Source: the human T2T-CHM13v2.0 reference genome, Homo sapiens
Strand: one strand, 5' to 3'
Assembly (NCBI RefSeq): GCF_009914755.1
Contig: NC_060926.1
DNA length: 64,000 bases
Shown: positions 11,980-24,438 of the stretch, in pieces
Layout: each line of letters begins with the position of its first letter
How positions within the stretch are numbered: the first letter of the stretch is position 1
Position numbers and translations under genes: made by a program
The notes under the pieces: model-generated
What the model was told of the DNA's origin: nothing
Seen by the model: only the letters and a program-made list of their open reading frames with translations
Database searches by the model: none

Positions 11980-13590
11980 GTGTCTTATCTATCTATTTAA
12001 ATACCTTCTTATGGTTTATAACTACTATAATACATCCCTCCAGCTCTCCTCATCACTAATTTAGAGCTAGCCTGGTGCGTCTGAGGTCATCGATACCATC
12101 TGAAGCATGTTGTCTAGACAACTATGAAGCCACTGACCATGGGGGTAATTGCTTTATGCAAATAAAAAAGGTACAGTGGTGAAATGTGCCATGGGCAGCC
12201 TTGAAATCTGAATGAACAGCTGTGATCATGCACCCTCTGTGGGAATTTGTTTCAGGAGAGGCACAATGGGAAAGAAGTTGCATTTTCCATTCCCTGCCCA
12301 CTCCCTTCTTTGTCTCTTTCCTTGCCATACTCTACCAGTTTCGGAGGTTGAATCATTATTTCAAGGTTTTAATTATACATGCACTCAATAAAAATTTCAC
12401 AAACAGTGAGTGGGTCAAGTAAAAATTTCAAGTACAATAAGATTCTAATTTATTGGTCAAGGATTCTCAATGTTCTCTTTGGTCTTCCTACATGATCTGG
12501 ACAATTTCCTGTCATTTGACAAACTAATTACAATCTTTATTATTTAAAAAAAGTATAGTTCACATTTGTGATAAAATACCATAAAATAATAGTCTTCCAA
12601 AGGAACCATAAAAAAACTGAAAGGAGCCCTGTACCCCTACAACACCCTATAAACATAGCAGTGCTCTGGAAGTAAAACCAACTTATTCACATTTGCTCTT
12701 GTAATACAAGGATGTGGCATTTTTAGACCTCTTTTGCTAAAACCTAATTTTAAAGTTCCTCTAGGAACTGCTTGGTAGCATTCCTCTAGTAAATTGTGAT
12801 TCTGTGCTTACAGAGATTTAAAAAAAAAATTATCAAGAAAGTCTGGTAGTTCTGTAATGCAGTGATTTTCTATTTGCTTTTGAATTCTGTGGTCATACTC
12901 ACAAGCAAAGGATTCTTAAAGATAATTTATATCATTATTCGTAAGCTTAGGTAATGCTAACCTGCACTTGGAGTAGCACATTAAGGACCATTTTACCCTG
13001 ACAATAAAGTGAGACTGTGTTTACATATTGGACTACAATCACTGTTTGACTAATCTGTAAAGGGTAGATTTTTCTATCGCATTTCAATAGCTCATTTACT
13101 TCAAACTGTTGTGAACTTTCTAAAGATGTGTTTTCATTTATAATAGCAGATCTTGCAGTGTGGTAATCTGGAATTGAAGTTTCAGTGACAGATTCATTCA
13201 ACTAGCACTTTGCATGAGGCATTACTGCAAACATTATTTTTTATGAAAAAAAAAATATAAAAGTGACAAAACCTTCCAAAGATAATTTCTGCAATTTAGT
13301 AAACGAAGGATTTCAAGTCAGGCATCAGTTTCCGGGTGTTTTTCATAATGGATTTCACAGGAGATGACCTGACAGGCAATCTCATGATCTGACTCGTGCT
13401 TTGAGGCATATATACAAACTGCCGTCAAAAGCACTGGGAGTCACCCTCCCTTTCATAGGACATGCCAAGCAAGTTAAGCACTGCAAATGTCCAGAGGTCC
13501 AGCCTGACCCCTTCACCTCCTGTCTGGGAAACATTCCTACGCCAAGCCCTTCATTCTTGACAACAAACAGAACAGGGCAGTGGAGCTTGT

Positions 13591-14099
13591 TTTCAAAGGA
13601 TGGAAAAGGAGGGGAATGGCAATGAATGAAGCATATCTGGTAAACAGGGGCAGACAGTGACTGTGAATCAAATTGCAAACCCTGTGCCTTGCCAGAGAAT
13701 AGGGGAGAAGAGAAAGAAGAAGAAAGGGAAGAGGAGGAAGATATTAGTGGCCACTGAAGTAACCCTACCTTTGACTTCCTCCTCAACTCCCTTTTTATCT
13801 GCCTTGCCTTTTCTCCTCCAGCTTTACTGCTTCATCCATATCCACCCCACCCCAACACAGTATATTATATAATATTATATAATATTATATGTGACACACT
13901 GCTCAAATTTTAGTTTATAAAAAAATTAATTTCTGTAGAGGTCTCAGAGTGTGGCTGTCAATACATGCTATCACAGCAATGTATCTGAATACCCAGTTGT
14001 TCTTCCAGAGGCAGTTATTTATGTCCCCTTACACTTAGAATACATCCCATTGAATTACAATGTTGAGGTTTTATTCCCATAACTCCTATTAGCAAGTGT
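13591..14099 (+). repeat. Local direct duplication, copy 1
   Basis: Aligns by eye with 15422-15926 at about 93-95%; near-identical ORF translations in both copies. Confidence 0.97.
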
Positions 14100-15421
14100 C
14101 CAGCACCTCATAAAGGCCGGACACTCATTTTTTCTAAACCAGGATCGTTAATATATATCTGTTGTTGAATAAATTAATCCATCAGGTAGACATAGGTTAT
14201 TTCTATGCATGCTAATAAAAACAGAATTGGTTAAGCCAAAAGATACACTTTTACCTCAAAGGATATGAGTAGTATATGGTATAGTTAATCTTTTTTTTTT
14301 TTTTTTGGAAGTGCTCACTTCACTGACATCTTTAGTCAGTGGGTAATAACTTATCAAACAGAACCAGCCAATATGGTGTTCATCAGCTTCACTTCACTAG
14401 AGTGGCCTGGGAGGTCAGGAGAAAAATGTACCAGGGAAGGATTCAGAGGAACAAGATTGTTGTGCTGGCCTTGGAACTTACTAACATCACTCTGATCTGT
14501 AACATTTTATCAAATAGAAACAGCTGCTTTGCATCTGGGCAAGTCACTTAAACTCCCTTGACCAGTTTCCTCACTTGTGTGTGAAAGTGCTTTGAAAAAG
14601 CTGAAGTACCATAATAAATGCATGGTAATATTATCAGAACAGTTCATCACTATTACCACCTCTTGGACCAGTCAAGTATAAGGTTGACATTTACATGGCT
14701 GCAATACACAAATGAATTTTTAAAAATGTGATTAATTTTATAACTTTATTTTTTATTTTATGATGTTATTAACAACATTTTAAACAGGGAGATTTTACCA
14801 CTAATTATTTGTGAAATAGACAAATAAATCTGCTGATATCCCAAGGCAAAAAAACCCATAAGAATTATATAAAATTAAAAGCCAGAATAAATTAATAATT
14901 TTTTTATTTTGTTTTCTATTTTTTTAGGACATTATTCAGAATTGAGGAAGTGAGCCTCAAACTCAACTTTATTTTTCATAAAGTTTTAGAATATAGTTAA
15001 TGCAGCTTAGTGTTTTAAGTCTCTTTCTAAATAAAAATCAGACCACTAGCAGTACATTCCATTGAGTCATATTATGCTGCTCGAAAGTTTTACGTCATTT
15101 GGATACTTCTCTATCTGAATTAGGTCCTAGACCAAAAGTTTTGTGTTACAACTGTCTACTTATCCAATTAATAAAAATGTTATTATTTCCAATGTAATGT
15201 TATTGGGGTTTATATTATTAAACTATCTCCAAAGACTTATGAGAAAAGAATAGGAAACAAAACTACTATCCATTATAACTTTGTAAGTATACATGTATGT
15301 TTAAATTTAACAACTACAAAAATTATTTGAAACAAAATCGTCAAAACCTGTTTACTCTCATCAAAAATGTTTTGGATAATTTAGGCAATTAGCTAGATAT
15401 ATTCAATAGGACTTAAACCTA

Positions 15422-15926
15422 TTTCAAAGGATGGAAGAGGAGGGGAATGGCAATGAATGAAGCGTATCTGGTGCAACAGGGGCAGACATTGACTGTGAAT
15501 CAAATTGCAAACCCTGTGCCTTGCCAGAGAAGAGTGGAGAAGAGAAAGAAGAAAGGGAAGAGGAGGAAGATATTAGTGGCCACTGAAGTAACCCTACCTT
15601 TGACTTCCTCCTCAACTCCCTTTTTATCTGCCTTGCCTTTTCTCCTCCAGCTTTACTGCTTCATCCATGTCCACCCCACCCCAACACAGTATATTATATT
15701 ATATTATATGTGACACACTGCTCAAATTTTAGTTTATAAAAGAAACATCAATTTCTGTAGAGGTCTCAGAGTGTGGCTTGTCAATACATGCTATCACAGC
15801 AATACATCCGAATACCCAGTTCCTCTTCCAGAGGCAGTTATTTCTTCGTGCCCCCTTACACTTAGAATACATCCCACTGAATTACAATCTTGAGGTTTTA
15901 TTCCCATAACTCCTATTAGCCAGTGT
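15422..15926 (+). repeat. Local direct duplication, copy 2
   Basis: tttcaaaggatgga...ctcctattagccagtgt mirrors 13591-14099. Confidence 0.97.
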
Positions 15927-16063
15927 ATTCTAATTCCATTTGTACAGATAACAGATAAAATATTAAATTTAATTGAATTGCCTGGAGAATGGACCTAATT
16001 TTATATTTCATAAATTATCAGAGAAGAAATTCAGACCTTCAGGGTCCCTATGACCCCTCGTTT

Positions 16064-16565
16064 TGAAACTGGCCCAATTGTCCAATAGAACTGATGTTTA
16101 TGCTTTCTTTTGAATAAACATAGAAATGGACCCTCCAAGTTTTAAAACATGAGAAAGTTACATTTGTCTTATCAGAGTTCCTTTCTCAGGAAACCAACGA
16201 TCAGACCTCCCAGACAATGCCAAGGAACTAAAACTTACCAGATCACCAAATCTGGTCAAGGAGACACCAAACTCCTAACCCATCATGATTGCCTAAGCAA
16301 CTACCTGCTTCCTGTTGACCAACTCCTCTTCCCTCTCCCTCCCTAATTCCTGTTGTCTCATACATAGTTATATTTTTCCTCTTCTTTTATATAAACCACG
16401 AATTTTAGTAAGCCAAAGAGGCAGATGTGAGATTGATTTCCTGGGCTCCTTGGCTGCACTACCCAAATAAAGTCTTCATCCTTGGCAGTACTCACTGTCT
16501 CAGTGATTGGTTTTCTGTGCAGTGAGCAATGGGACCTAGACCAAGTCCCTGGCATTTCAGTGACA
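16064..16565 (+). mobile_element. ERV1 solo LTR (MER4 group, LTR54-like)
   Basis: TG...CA ends, TATA-like ttatataaac, aataaa; 4-bp TSD gttt/attt; homologous to 25676-26171. Confidence 0.85.
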
Positions 16566-16639
16566 ATTTCAGTGGCAAGGTCAAAGTCTATAGGCAACCA
16601 TCTCTTCCTACACAAGAGTTTCTGACTTGAGTCAAAATA

Positions 16640-17300
16640 TATTAAACTGTAGGTGGGAAAAGCTGTAACAATGAACAATGTCCAGTGTTGAGGAAGGTAC
16701 TGAATGATATAAACCAATCTACTAATAAAAGGAGATTAAATTGACAACCTGCACAATGTGCACATGTACCCTAAAACTTAAAAGTATAATAAAAAAAAAA
16801 ATAAATAAATTGACAACAATGTATTTGAAAAAGTCTAGAATTACCTGGTAAAATTGAATATGCATATATCTTGCAATCCTTCTACTCTTAAATACAGAAA
16901 CTATTGGGCACCAGAAAATATAAGCAAATGTTTAGAGCAGTATTGTACATAGCAGCCAAACATTATAGAAAAAAGTAAATATCCATAGTCCAGAAAGTGA
17001 GTAAATTTACTGATGTATAGTTGTACAATAAAATACTAAATAACAGTGACAATGAGTGAAATACAACTACAAGCATGTGTAAATCTTTAAAAATTAGTGT
17101 TAGATAAATAAAGCCATTAAAGAATATATACAATATGAAACCATATGCATAAAGATCAAAAATAAGAAAAAACATTATTTAGGTATATAAACAAGGTGGC
17201 AAAACTTTAAAGAGAAACGAGTATATTTACACAAAATATAAGTAGCAGTTATTTCTTGGTGGGGAAGAGAGTCATTGGTAAAAACAGTGATTGCTAAGCA
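16640..17300 (+). mobile_element. Old L1 (L1ME-like) 3' region
   Basis: ggtaaaattgaatatgcatat...aatgtttagagcagtattgtacatagcag...aatgagtgaaatacaactaca. Confidence 0.6.
16749..16805 (+). mobile_element. Ultra-short young L1 3' terminus (L1HS/L1PA2-like)
   Basis: ctgcacaatgtgcacatgtaccctaaaactta(a)aagtataat plus A tail; perfect 12-bp TSD taaattgacaac at 16737-16748 and 16806-16817. Confidence 0.92.
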
Positions 17301-17339
17301 TGGAGTAGGTGAAAAATTCCAAGAAAACCATGCACCATA

Positions 17340-17900
17340 AGATGAGGAGGCTAAAGTCCTGATTCTCTGGGATAACAGCAGATGTGACAGGGGTGGGGAA
17401 ATGGAAGGTGGAGGGGAAGACATTTCAGGCAGGCAGAAGAAGAGGAGAAAAAGGGACAAAAGGTACCTAGAAAAAACATAAGAAGAAAGGAAAAGCAAGA
17501 AAGTGTGTTGTCTTTGAGAGCCAAGAGAGAAGACAGGGTCAAGAATCCGGAATGGCCAATGGTGTCAAAAAATAAAGACTGAATGGTGCTCATTAACTAA
17601 GTAATCAAAAAGTCCTGGGGCAAATTTTAAAGCTGTTTCAGTTAATTAGCAGTGATGAAGACAGATCAATGTAGATTGCAAAATAAATGAACAGTAAGAA
17701 AAGAAAGATAAAGTTTTGTAGACAACTTGAAGAACTTGACTGTTAAGATAGAAGACAGGGTAGTAATTAGTGAAGAACTTAGGATTATATAAGTTTTGTT
17801 TGCTTGCTTGTTTGTTTTAAAATTAAGAGACTTGGGCTTGTATGGAATGATAGGAAAAATTGATAGAGAAGACAGGTAAAAATACAGGAGGGAGAAAGCC
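17340..17900 (-). mobile_element. L2 LINE remnant
   Basis: Purine-rich antisense L2 motifs (gccaagagagaagacag; gctgtttcagt; gtagacaacttgaagaacttgactgt). Confidence 0.55.
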
Positions 17901-18922
17901 TCATCAGAACATAAAAATGAATTCCCTCTCTGCCTGAACATAGTTAAAATTTTAATGAACTAATTCTCACAGAGATTAGAATGATACACATTTGCCTTTC
18001 AAATGAATGCCAGACATCACACACTCAATGAATAACAGTCTTGAAAGTCCAGAAGCTTGTGGCAGTGTGTTTTGTGCTTGCTATCACATTCCAGAAAACA
18101 ACTTTGACTTCTATCTCCCACCATGTTTGCCTGGTTAAAAAAATTACCTTCTATTTCTAAAGGTGAAACTAAGAACAAGTTATTTTAATCTAATTGTGTG
18201 AGACTTTACACAGGAAACATGAACTCACCAGAAGGAAGTAAAAACAAAGGCAAGCTTATAGCAGACTCCCACCACTTCTGCATCTAGTGAAGAAAGTGAA
18301 GGTTCTTAATGCAGACGGCAACAAGGGCTAGAAGCCGCACCACTCCAGGCCTCATACTGAAGTCTCCCGTTCGAGGAGGAATATGGTGTGCGTGGAGGAA
18401 AGAGTAAGGGAAGTTAGCATATATCACCACAGCCTGTGAGAGTCCTCTCTCAGAAGCTCTGGCCCAGCCTTACCCAATCAAGATGCCAATTCTGTGAGCA
18501 GGTCCCAGTGTATGGAGGAGTAATTGCATGGAACAGAACTATTAAAATGGTTTCAGCTTTTGGGGGGACTTAAATGGGTAGAGTACAACCTTTTATTGAG
18601 AACAGATGGGACACAGGCTAAGCTCCCATATACAAATAACCCACAGATTTTCTAAGATTATAAACCTAAAAGGCAACTACCCTCTGAAAATTCAAACATA
18701 GCACAGGCCTAGTCAATCTACAGCCATGTAACAAAATTGTACCATCTTTTTTATAATCTTGGGACTGACAGCCTATTGACTCAAGTGAGAAATCCTTGCT
18801 TTAAAGTAGGATTTTACAGAGGGCCCCAGTCTCACAAGGAGACATTTATTAGGAACCATTATCACTATAGCCCCAGTTTGAAATGAAAAGTTCAGCTGCC
18901 TCCAAATATGTGTGAATACAAT

Positions 18923-19430
18923 TGTGAAAGTCAGAATTCTAAGATGACCCCTAATGACCCACATGCTGTCACTTGTTTCTAACCCACAGAATATGGCAAA
19001 GGTAACGGGACATCATTCCTGTGATTACTTTGCATGGCAACGATGGAAGAATTTTACTGATGTAATTAAAGCATCTAATAAAAAGACTTTAAGTAAATCA
19101 AAACCCTGATTATCCTAGATGAGCCTAACGAAATCAGGTGAGTTAAACAACTCAGGTGGTGAAACAAACTACCATGAATTCTATAGCTGTGAGAAAATTA
19201 ATTCTGCCAGCAACCTGAGGGAACTTGGAAGCATATCTTTCCTTGGTCAAGTCTCTAATAAGAACACAACTCAAACAACACCTTAATTGCAGGCTTTTGA
19301 GATCCTAAGCAGAGGATCCAACTGCTCTGTGCCCTGACACCTGAGCCACAGAAAGTGTCAGGTGATTCATGTTTGTTGTTTTAAGGTAAGTTTGAGGTAA
19401 TTTGTTAAGCAGCAGTACAGAACTAATACA
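18923..19430 (+). mobile_element. MLT1E-like MaLR LTR
   Basis: tgtg..cagaattctaagatgacccc start; aattctgccagcaacctgagggaacttggaagc; end taatttgttaagcagcagtacagaactaataca. Confidence 0.85.
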
Positions 19431-19466
19431 ACTGCCAAATCACTCCTGGGTCTATCTTTGGCTCTA

Positions 19467-20030
19467 TGTCAGTCAGGGTCTTAGTTATAAGCCACAGAAG
19501 TCAACTCTGGCTAATTTATTAAAGGTTATCGCATAGCTCATAGAATCTCCCAGAGGTCCAGACCAGGTTTGGAACCTATGCATGTAGGAACAAGCCTCCA
19601 AATCACACAGTAGGAGAAGCCCCATTGAGATAGCATTGCTGTAGCCACTGCACGCAGACACCAGTTTACACCATCAACATCGCTCCAGCTGGTCATGGGA
19701 GCCTACTGCTTGGGTCACTGTTGCTTGTGGAAACCACATGCAGCCACTGACTGCTGCCAGCTACATGAGAATGACACCTGCAAGATCCCTACTTTTCTAT
19801 AAATAAATTACTAGCTTTAAAATCAATGAGAAGCCAGTGTTCTGAGCTGCAATGACCAGGTCAGCTCCCTAAGGTAGAGGCCCTTTACCTAGTTGCAAGG
19901 GCACTTACGAAAGTGAGTATCTGGAATTTTTAGCTTGCATATTAGGAAGCAGGCCCTATTAATTAAAACAGGTATTCTCCCAAATAAAGAAAAAGGTTTT
20001 AGTTGCTAGGAGGCCAAAACGAATGAAATG
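19467..20030 (-). mobile_element. Old MLT1 (K/L/M-like) LTR
   Basis: tgtcagtcagggtcttagttataagccacagaagtcaactctggctaattta, the antisense MLT1 3' end. Confidence 0.6.
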
Positions 20031-21559
20031 TTCACTAAACAAGTTATGCCCCCTGCCTTCCTGAGATTCAAGTTCATTTTGGGTAATTTCAGATTGGTTT
20101 CAGAAAACAGCCCTCTCCAAGCTCCAGTCCCAAAATATATAATCCTGAGAATATTGAAATGAATAAAGCTATTATAACTCAGGACAGAGCAAATGTAGCT
20201 CTGAGTCAAATTATTGTCTTGTTTGGTTTTCTGAAAGTGTTAAATCACTGCATATAAGACCTTCAATGGTTTCCATGGAATATGTTTTATTAATCTGGTA
20301 ATGATATTGAGTATTTGTTTTCTGGAGCAGGGCTGCCAGGATTCTAGACTGAAGATACTTGTCCGTGACTATTATCCCATCACTAATCATCGCTGATAAA
20401 CATTGACAACATTAATCAGCTTCCATCTGATCACAATCCCCCATTTAACCACAGCAAAATCTCTGTTGTTTATGTACTGGCTTCTTTCCTTCTTCATTCA
20501 TTTTGCTCATTTAAAGCCTCCCTTTCTGGCCTCTTCATTCCAAACAGATCCTGACAAATGGTGAAAGGCAGGGATATATCCCAGGATTCAAATTGCACTG
20601 ATATTGAATCAGACACAACAGAGGAGGGTGGAAATATACCAAAGGGAAATACCCACCCATCTAACCCCTGTGATAACACATCATAGTGGAATGTGTGTGT
20701 ATTAATTCTACTCCCAGAAGAGGTTAAGAGGGTGATGGGTTTGATCCCATGGTATAGCTGAAAGGGTGACTAAGAAAAACTCCTTACTGATGTGAACAGT
20801 GCTGGTAGATTAAAGTTTAGGATACTTTCTATGGACTGAAAACCCTCCATAGAGAAAAATGATGCTGCAGAGAAGAAAGAAGGGGAAAGAGCAACAGTGG
20901 TGGTTGAGGAACAATATGTAGAGATAGGAAGTATGATTGAAGACTGTAACAGAACAAACACAGTCAACAAAAAATGTGGGATATTAAAATAATTATTATG
21001 GCATTTGACTTTTTTTAGATGTAAGAAATATGCCCATATAAAATATGTATTAAACAGAATTTGGTGGTTAACAATCTCCAGGGTCCCTGGCTTTCTCACA
21101 CAACTGACCCCTATAATAGTAACAGAAAGAAGTGGACAAAATAGCAAAGCTCATAGAAAAGTACACCTTGGCCCAGCAGTGACCTTTATAACCAGGTACA
21201 GCAAGACATGTCTACCCCTGAATATCTCACAGGCCGTGTTTCCTTTTCTGCTTCTACTCTTGAAGCAGGTGGAATGTGGTGCGTGCACAGATGGGGTGTA
21301 GCAAGAGAAGAGAGGAGTTCTTGTTTGCTTGTTGGTGAGATTTTTGTGTGTATCTGACTCAGTTGACTATAGAGACTTTCCTTGTTGCTTTGCAGTTGTC
21401 TATAGCACCAGGTGACCCAAGTCCACTGGGAAATGGATTTTCCCAGAATTACAAGTGAAATCACAGTTTAGCATAATTTCCAAAGGAAAAGTCACATGTT
21501 GAAAATTGTCATTTTGGCATGTCAAAACTGGCAGAATATTGTAAATCTCTTATTTTCTG

Positions 21560-22720
21560 TTGAATCCTGTGGGCACTGTGGAAGATACCGGGGTGCAGAG
21601 GTGAACAAATGGACCCTAAGCAGGGCTGCATATCACTCAGCCTCGTAGGAAAGAGAGACATTACTCAAGGTACTAGTTCGTTTTCACACCGCTATGAAGA
21701 AATATCTGAGACTGGGTAATTTACAAAGAAATAGGTTTAATTGACTCACAGTTCCGCATGGGTAGGGAAGCCTCACGAAACTTACAATCATGGCAAAGGT
21801 GAAAGGGAAGTAGGCACCTTCTTCACAAGGCGGCAGGAGAGAGCAGAGCAAAGGAGGAACTTTCAAACACATAAAATAATCAGATATCATGAGAACCCAG
21901 TCTCACAAGAACAGCATGGGTCAAACTGCCCCCATGATTCAATCACCTGCTTCCCTCAACACGTGGGGATTACAGGTCCCTCCCTCAACACATGGGGATT
22001 ACAATTCCAGACAAGATTTAAGTGGAGATACAGAGTCAAACCATATCACACAACTATTCACACAAATGATTGTATGGTTACAAAATGTGACAAATGCCAG
22101 CAACTCACTAGGAGAGTCTATAACAGAGGACCCAGAGCTGGGGATGGATGTCAGGAGAGTCTCACTGAGGACATGCAGAGAGCAAGAGGATGGGTGATCG
22201 GGGTGGGAAGAGGACAGAGCAGGAAGCAGTCCATTCTTCACAGTATGAAGCTCTGTGCCAAGTATCAGAGACCAAGAAAATCATGCTGATCATGTCAGCC
22301 TTCATGGAGCCCACCTTCTAATGGGTGAGATGGTAATAAACAGGCAAACCAATACAAAAAGAATAATTTCAAGTAATCATAAGTATTCTCATGGATGTAA
22401 ACAAGGGATTGAGATGGAGAATAACCAAGGGTAATAACCAGAATGGTCAGAAAGGTCCCACTAAAAAGGTGACATTTGTGATAAACATAAAGGGTAGGAA
22501 AGAGTTTCATACACAAGGAATGCAAGGAAGAATATTCTAGGCAGAGGACACAGAATGAGCAAAGACCATGTTATCAGAAAACACTTGCCAGTAGCTCAGA
22601 AGAGTGAGTGAAGAGGAGCATAATCAGTGATAAGGCTGGAGATAGAGCACAGAATTTGGACCCTCTAGGCGTGGCAGGAGATTTGGCTTTTATTATAAGA
22701 GCAAAGAAAACTAAAACGTC
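21560..22720 (-). mobile_element. L2 fragments (interrupted by a THE1/MST LTR)
   Basis: ggtcagaaaggtcccact.aaaggtgacatttg; aatattctaggcagaggacacagaatgagcaaagacc. Confidence 0.65.
21669..22048 (-). mobile_element. THE1D/MSTA-like solo LTR
   Basis: gtactagttcgttttcacaccgctatg...ctgagactgggtaatt...caaaccatatca; 5-bp TSD ctcaa/cacaa. Confidence 0.92.
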
Positions 22721-22949
22721 CTACGTATAGCTATGATTGTTCAGGTATTACAGGTTGTAGTATGTGCTCCCATTAATTAATTTAATTTTCCACCACACTT
22801 TGAGTGCACAGACATAACCTCCATGTAGCTAGCTGGATACTTTACATGTGTTTTTGAGATAGAGGCAATATTTTTTAAAGGCATGTACATTTAAAAATAG
22901 GTAATAGTATTAGAACTAAAGAGTGAGACTGGAGAAGGAGATGCAGCAG

Positions 22950-23100
22950 CCATAACTATTTACTGGGCACTTTCCAAGGGCCACATCATGTCACTCATGA
23001 CTGACATGTATTGCCTCATTTAATCTTCACAACAAATCTAGGAGGCTGGTACCATCATCAACACCACATTTAAAGAGGAGGAAAATGAGATACAAAGAAA
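22950..23100 (-). mobile_element. MIR fragment
   Basis: ctcatttaatcttcacaacaa...cattt.aagaggaggaaaatgag. Confidence 0.65.
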
Positions 23101-23384
23101 TGCTCATTGAATATCCCTCCATGGCACTATTGGATTGACAGTTTTGACTGATCGTATTGCTGTACTTCCAAGTGGAAAACGTAACTTAGCATAATTTTTG
23201 AAGGGAAATACTGTTTCATATTTCTGCTCCAAAAAATTCACCATTCATTTTACTAACCCCAAACATTAAACTGCAGGTGAGGATCCAGAGCACTAATTGC
23301 AGCTTTTTTATTAGTTAGGTCTTGGGAAAATCTTACCATTTCTGGGCTTCTGTTTTATTCATCTGTCAAAAGAGTAGTTTGACT

Positions 23385-23540
23385 TAGATTTGCCCAGTAA
23401 AATACAGGTCACCCAGTTAAATGTAAATTTCAGATAAACACATGAATAACTTTTTAGCACGTCCCAGGCAATATGTGGCAATGTCTGTTTTATGCAAATA
23501 TGATGTGCTTACTTTTATTTGCTAAATCTGCGCACTCTGA
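23385..23540. mobile_element. MER53-like palindromic MITE, decayed
   Basis: taaaatacagg..acccagttaaat.taaatttcagataaaca and tttttatttgctaaatctg match the recalled MER53 arms. Confidence 0.7.
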
Positions 23541-23761
23541 TTTGGCTAGTCTAAATGGTCAGGACTGGCCCAGCAAAGCATGTCAATCCATCACGAAATG
23601 TTTAAGTCACTGGTGAAATGAGAAACAGCGGAACAATTAATTTAGTTATTCAAATTGCTAAATGTGTTCATTTTAAAGGACTTTCTTTCTCAGATGTTGT
23701 CCTTTTGTCTCTTAGGAAATTAAAATATTGATTTTGCATGAAATGATAGTTTTTGTTGTTG

Positions 23762-24434
23762 TGAGGCAGGATAAGTAAGGATAGGAGCATACTGACTTGT
23801 CTCCTTGTGTAAAGCAGTCTGGGCTCCTTTTTGCAGTGAGCTCCTCATCGCTTGCACCCTCGTGAATCAGCACCTTATTCTGCAAGGTAAGTAGTCCTAC
23901 AGGATACCAGCAAATTGCCAGATGGTTACAAGCTCCTGATACACAATATGGCCTGGGAAAGAGAACAAAAGCCCCTTATTCCTGATGTAGCTTCCCCAAT
24001 ATCCAGCACATCAGCACCAAAAGCTCAAGAGACTATTAGCTACAAATTCCTGCCTTAAGGGGGCTAAGAACTTCGGCGTCCCACACGTGCAGCCAGCTTA
24101 TAGTAACGTTTTCTTCATTTTAAAAGTAAAAAAATTAAAAAAAAAGGCATCCTTAGGTGGAGAATGATACATGCTGTGTGTGGTAAGGCATGTAGATATT
24201 GAGTGTATGCACCAACCATAGGTCCGTCTTTGCATACTTGACCCCAATATTTTATGAATATGTATGTACAGTTGCCATAAGAGGAATTCCCTTTAAGGCA
24301 CTAGGGGCTCTCTCTATCTTTGAGCATCTTGTTCTGCCTCTCAGAGCGTACTTTTGATTTACAATAAACTTCTTTGCTTACTCTTACTTTGGACTCGCTT
24401 TCAAACTCTTAAGTGCTGCAAAGTCAAGAACCTG
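23762..24434 (+). mobile_element. ERV1 solo LTR (MER4 group, MER50/MER87-like), 3' end clipped
   Basis: tgaggcaggataagtaagg start; caataaacttctttg...gtcaagaacctg U5 region. Confidence 0.7.
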
Positions 24435-24438
24435 CATT

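Noticed and set aside
13382-15713. Paralogous small ORFs (MRRKSKVGLL..., ...NQIANPVPCQ...)
   Set aside because: They arise on both strands of the DNA duplication, have low-complexity content and differ by frameshifting indels; no coding signature.
18190-18740. Possible old LTR or processed pseudogene
   Set aside because: Could not assign a family, termini or reading frame by eye; left uncalled.
23385-23540. MER53-derived miR-1302-type hairpin
   Set aside because: The second arm is largely deleted or decayed, so a long hairpin is unlikely.
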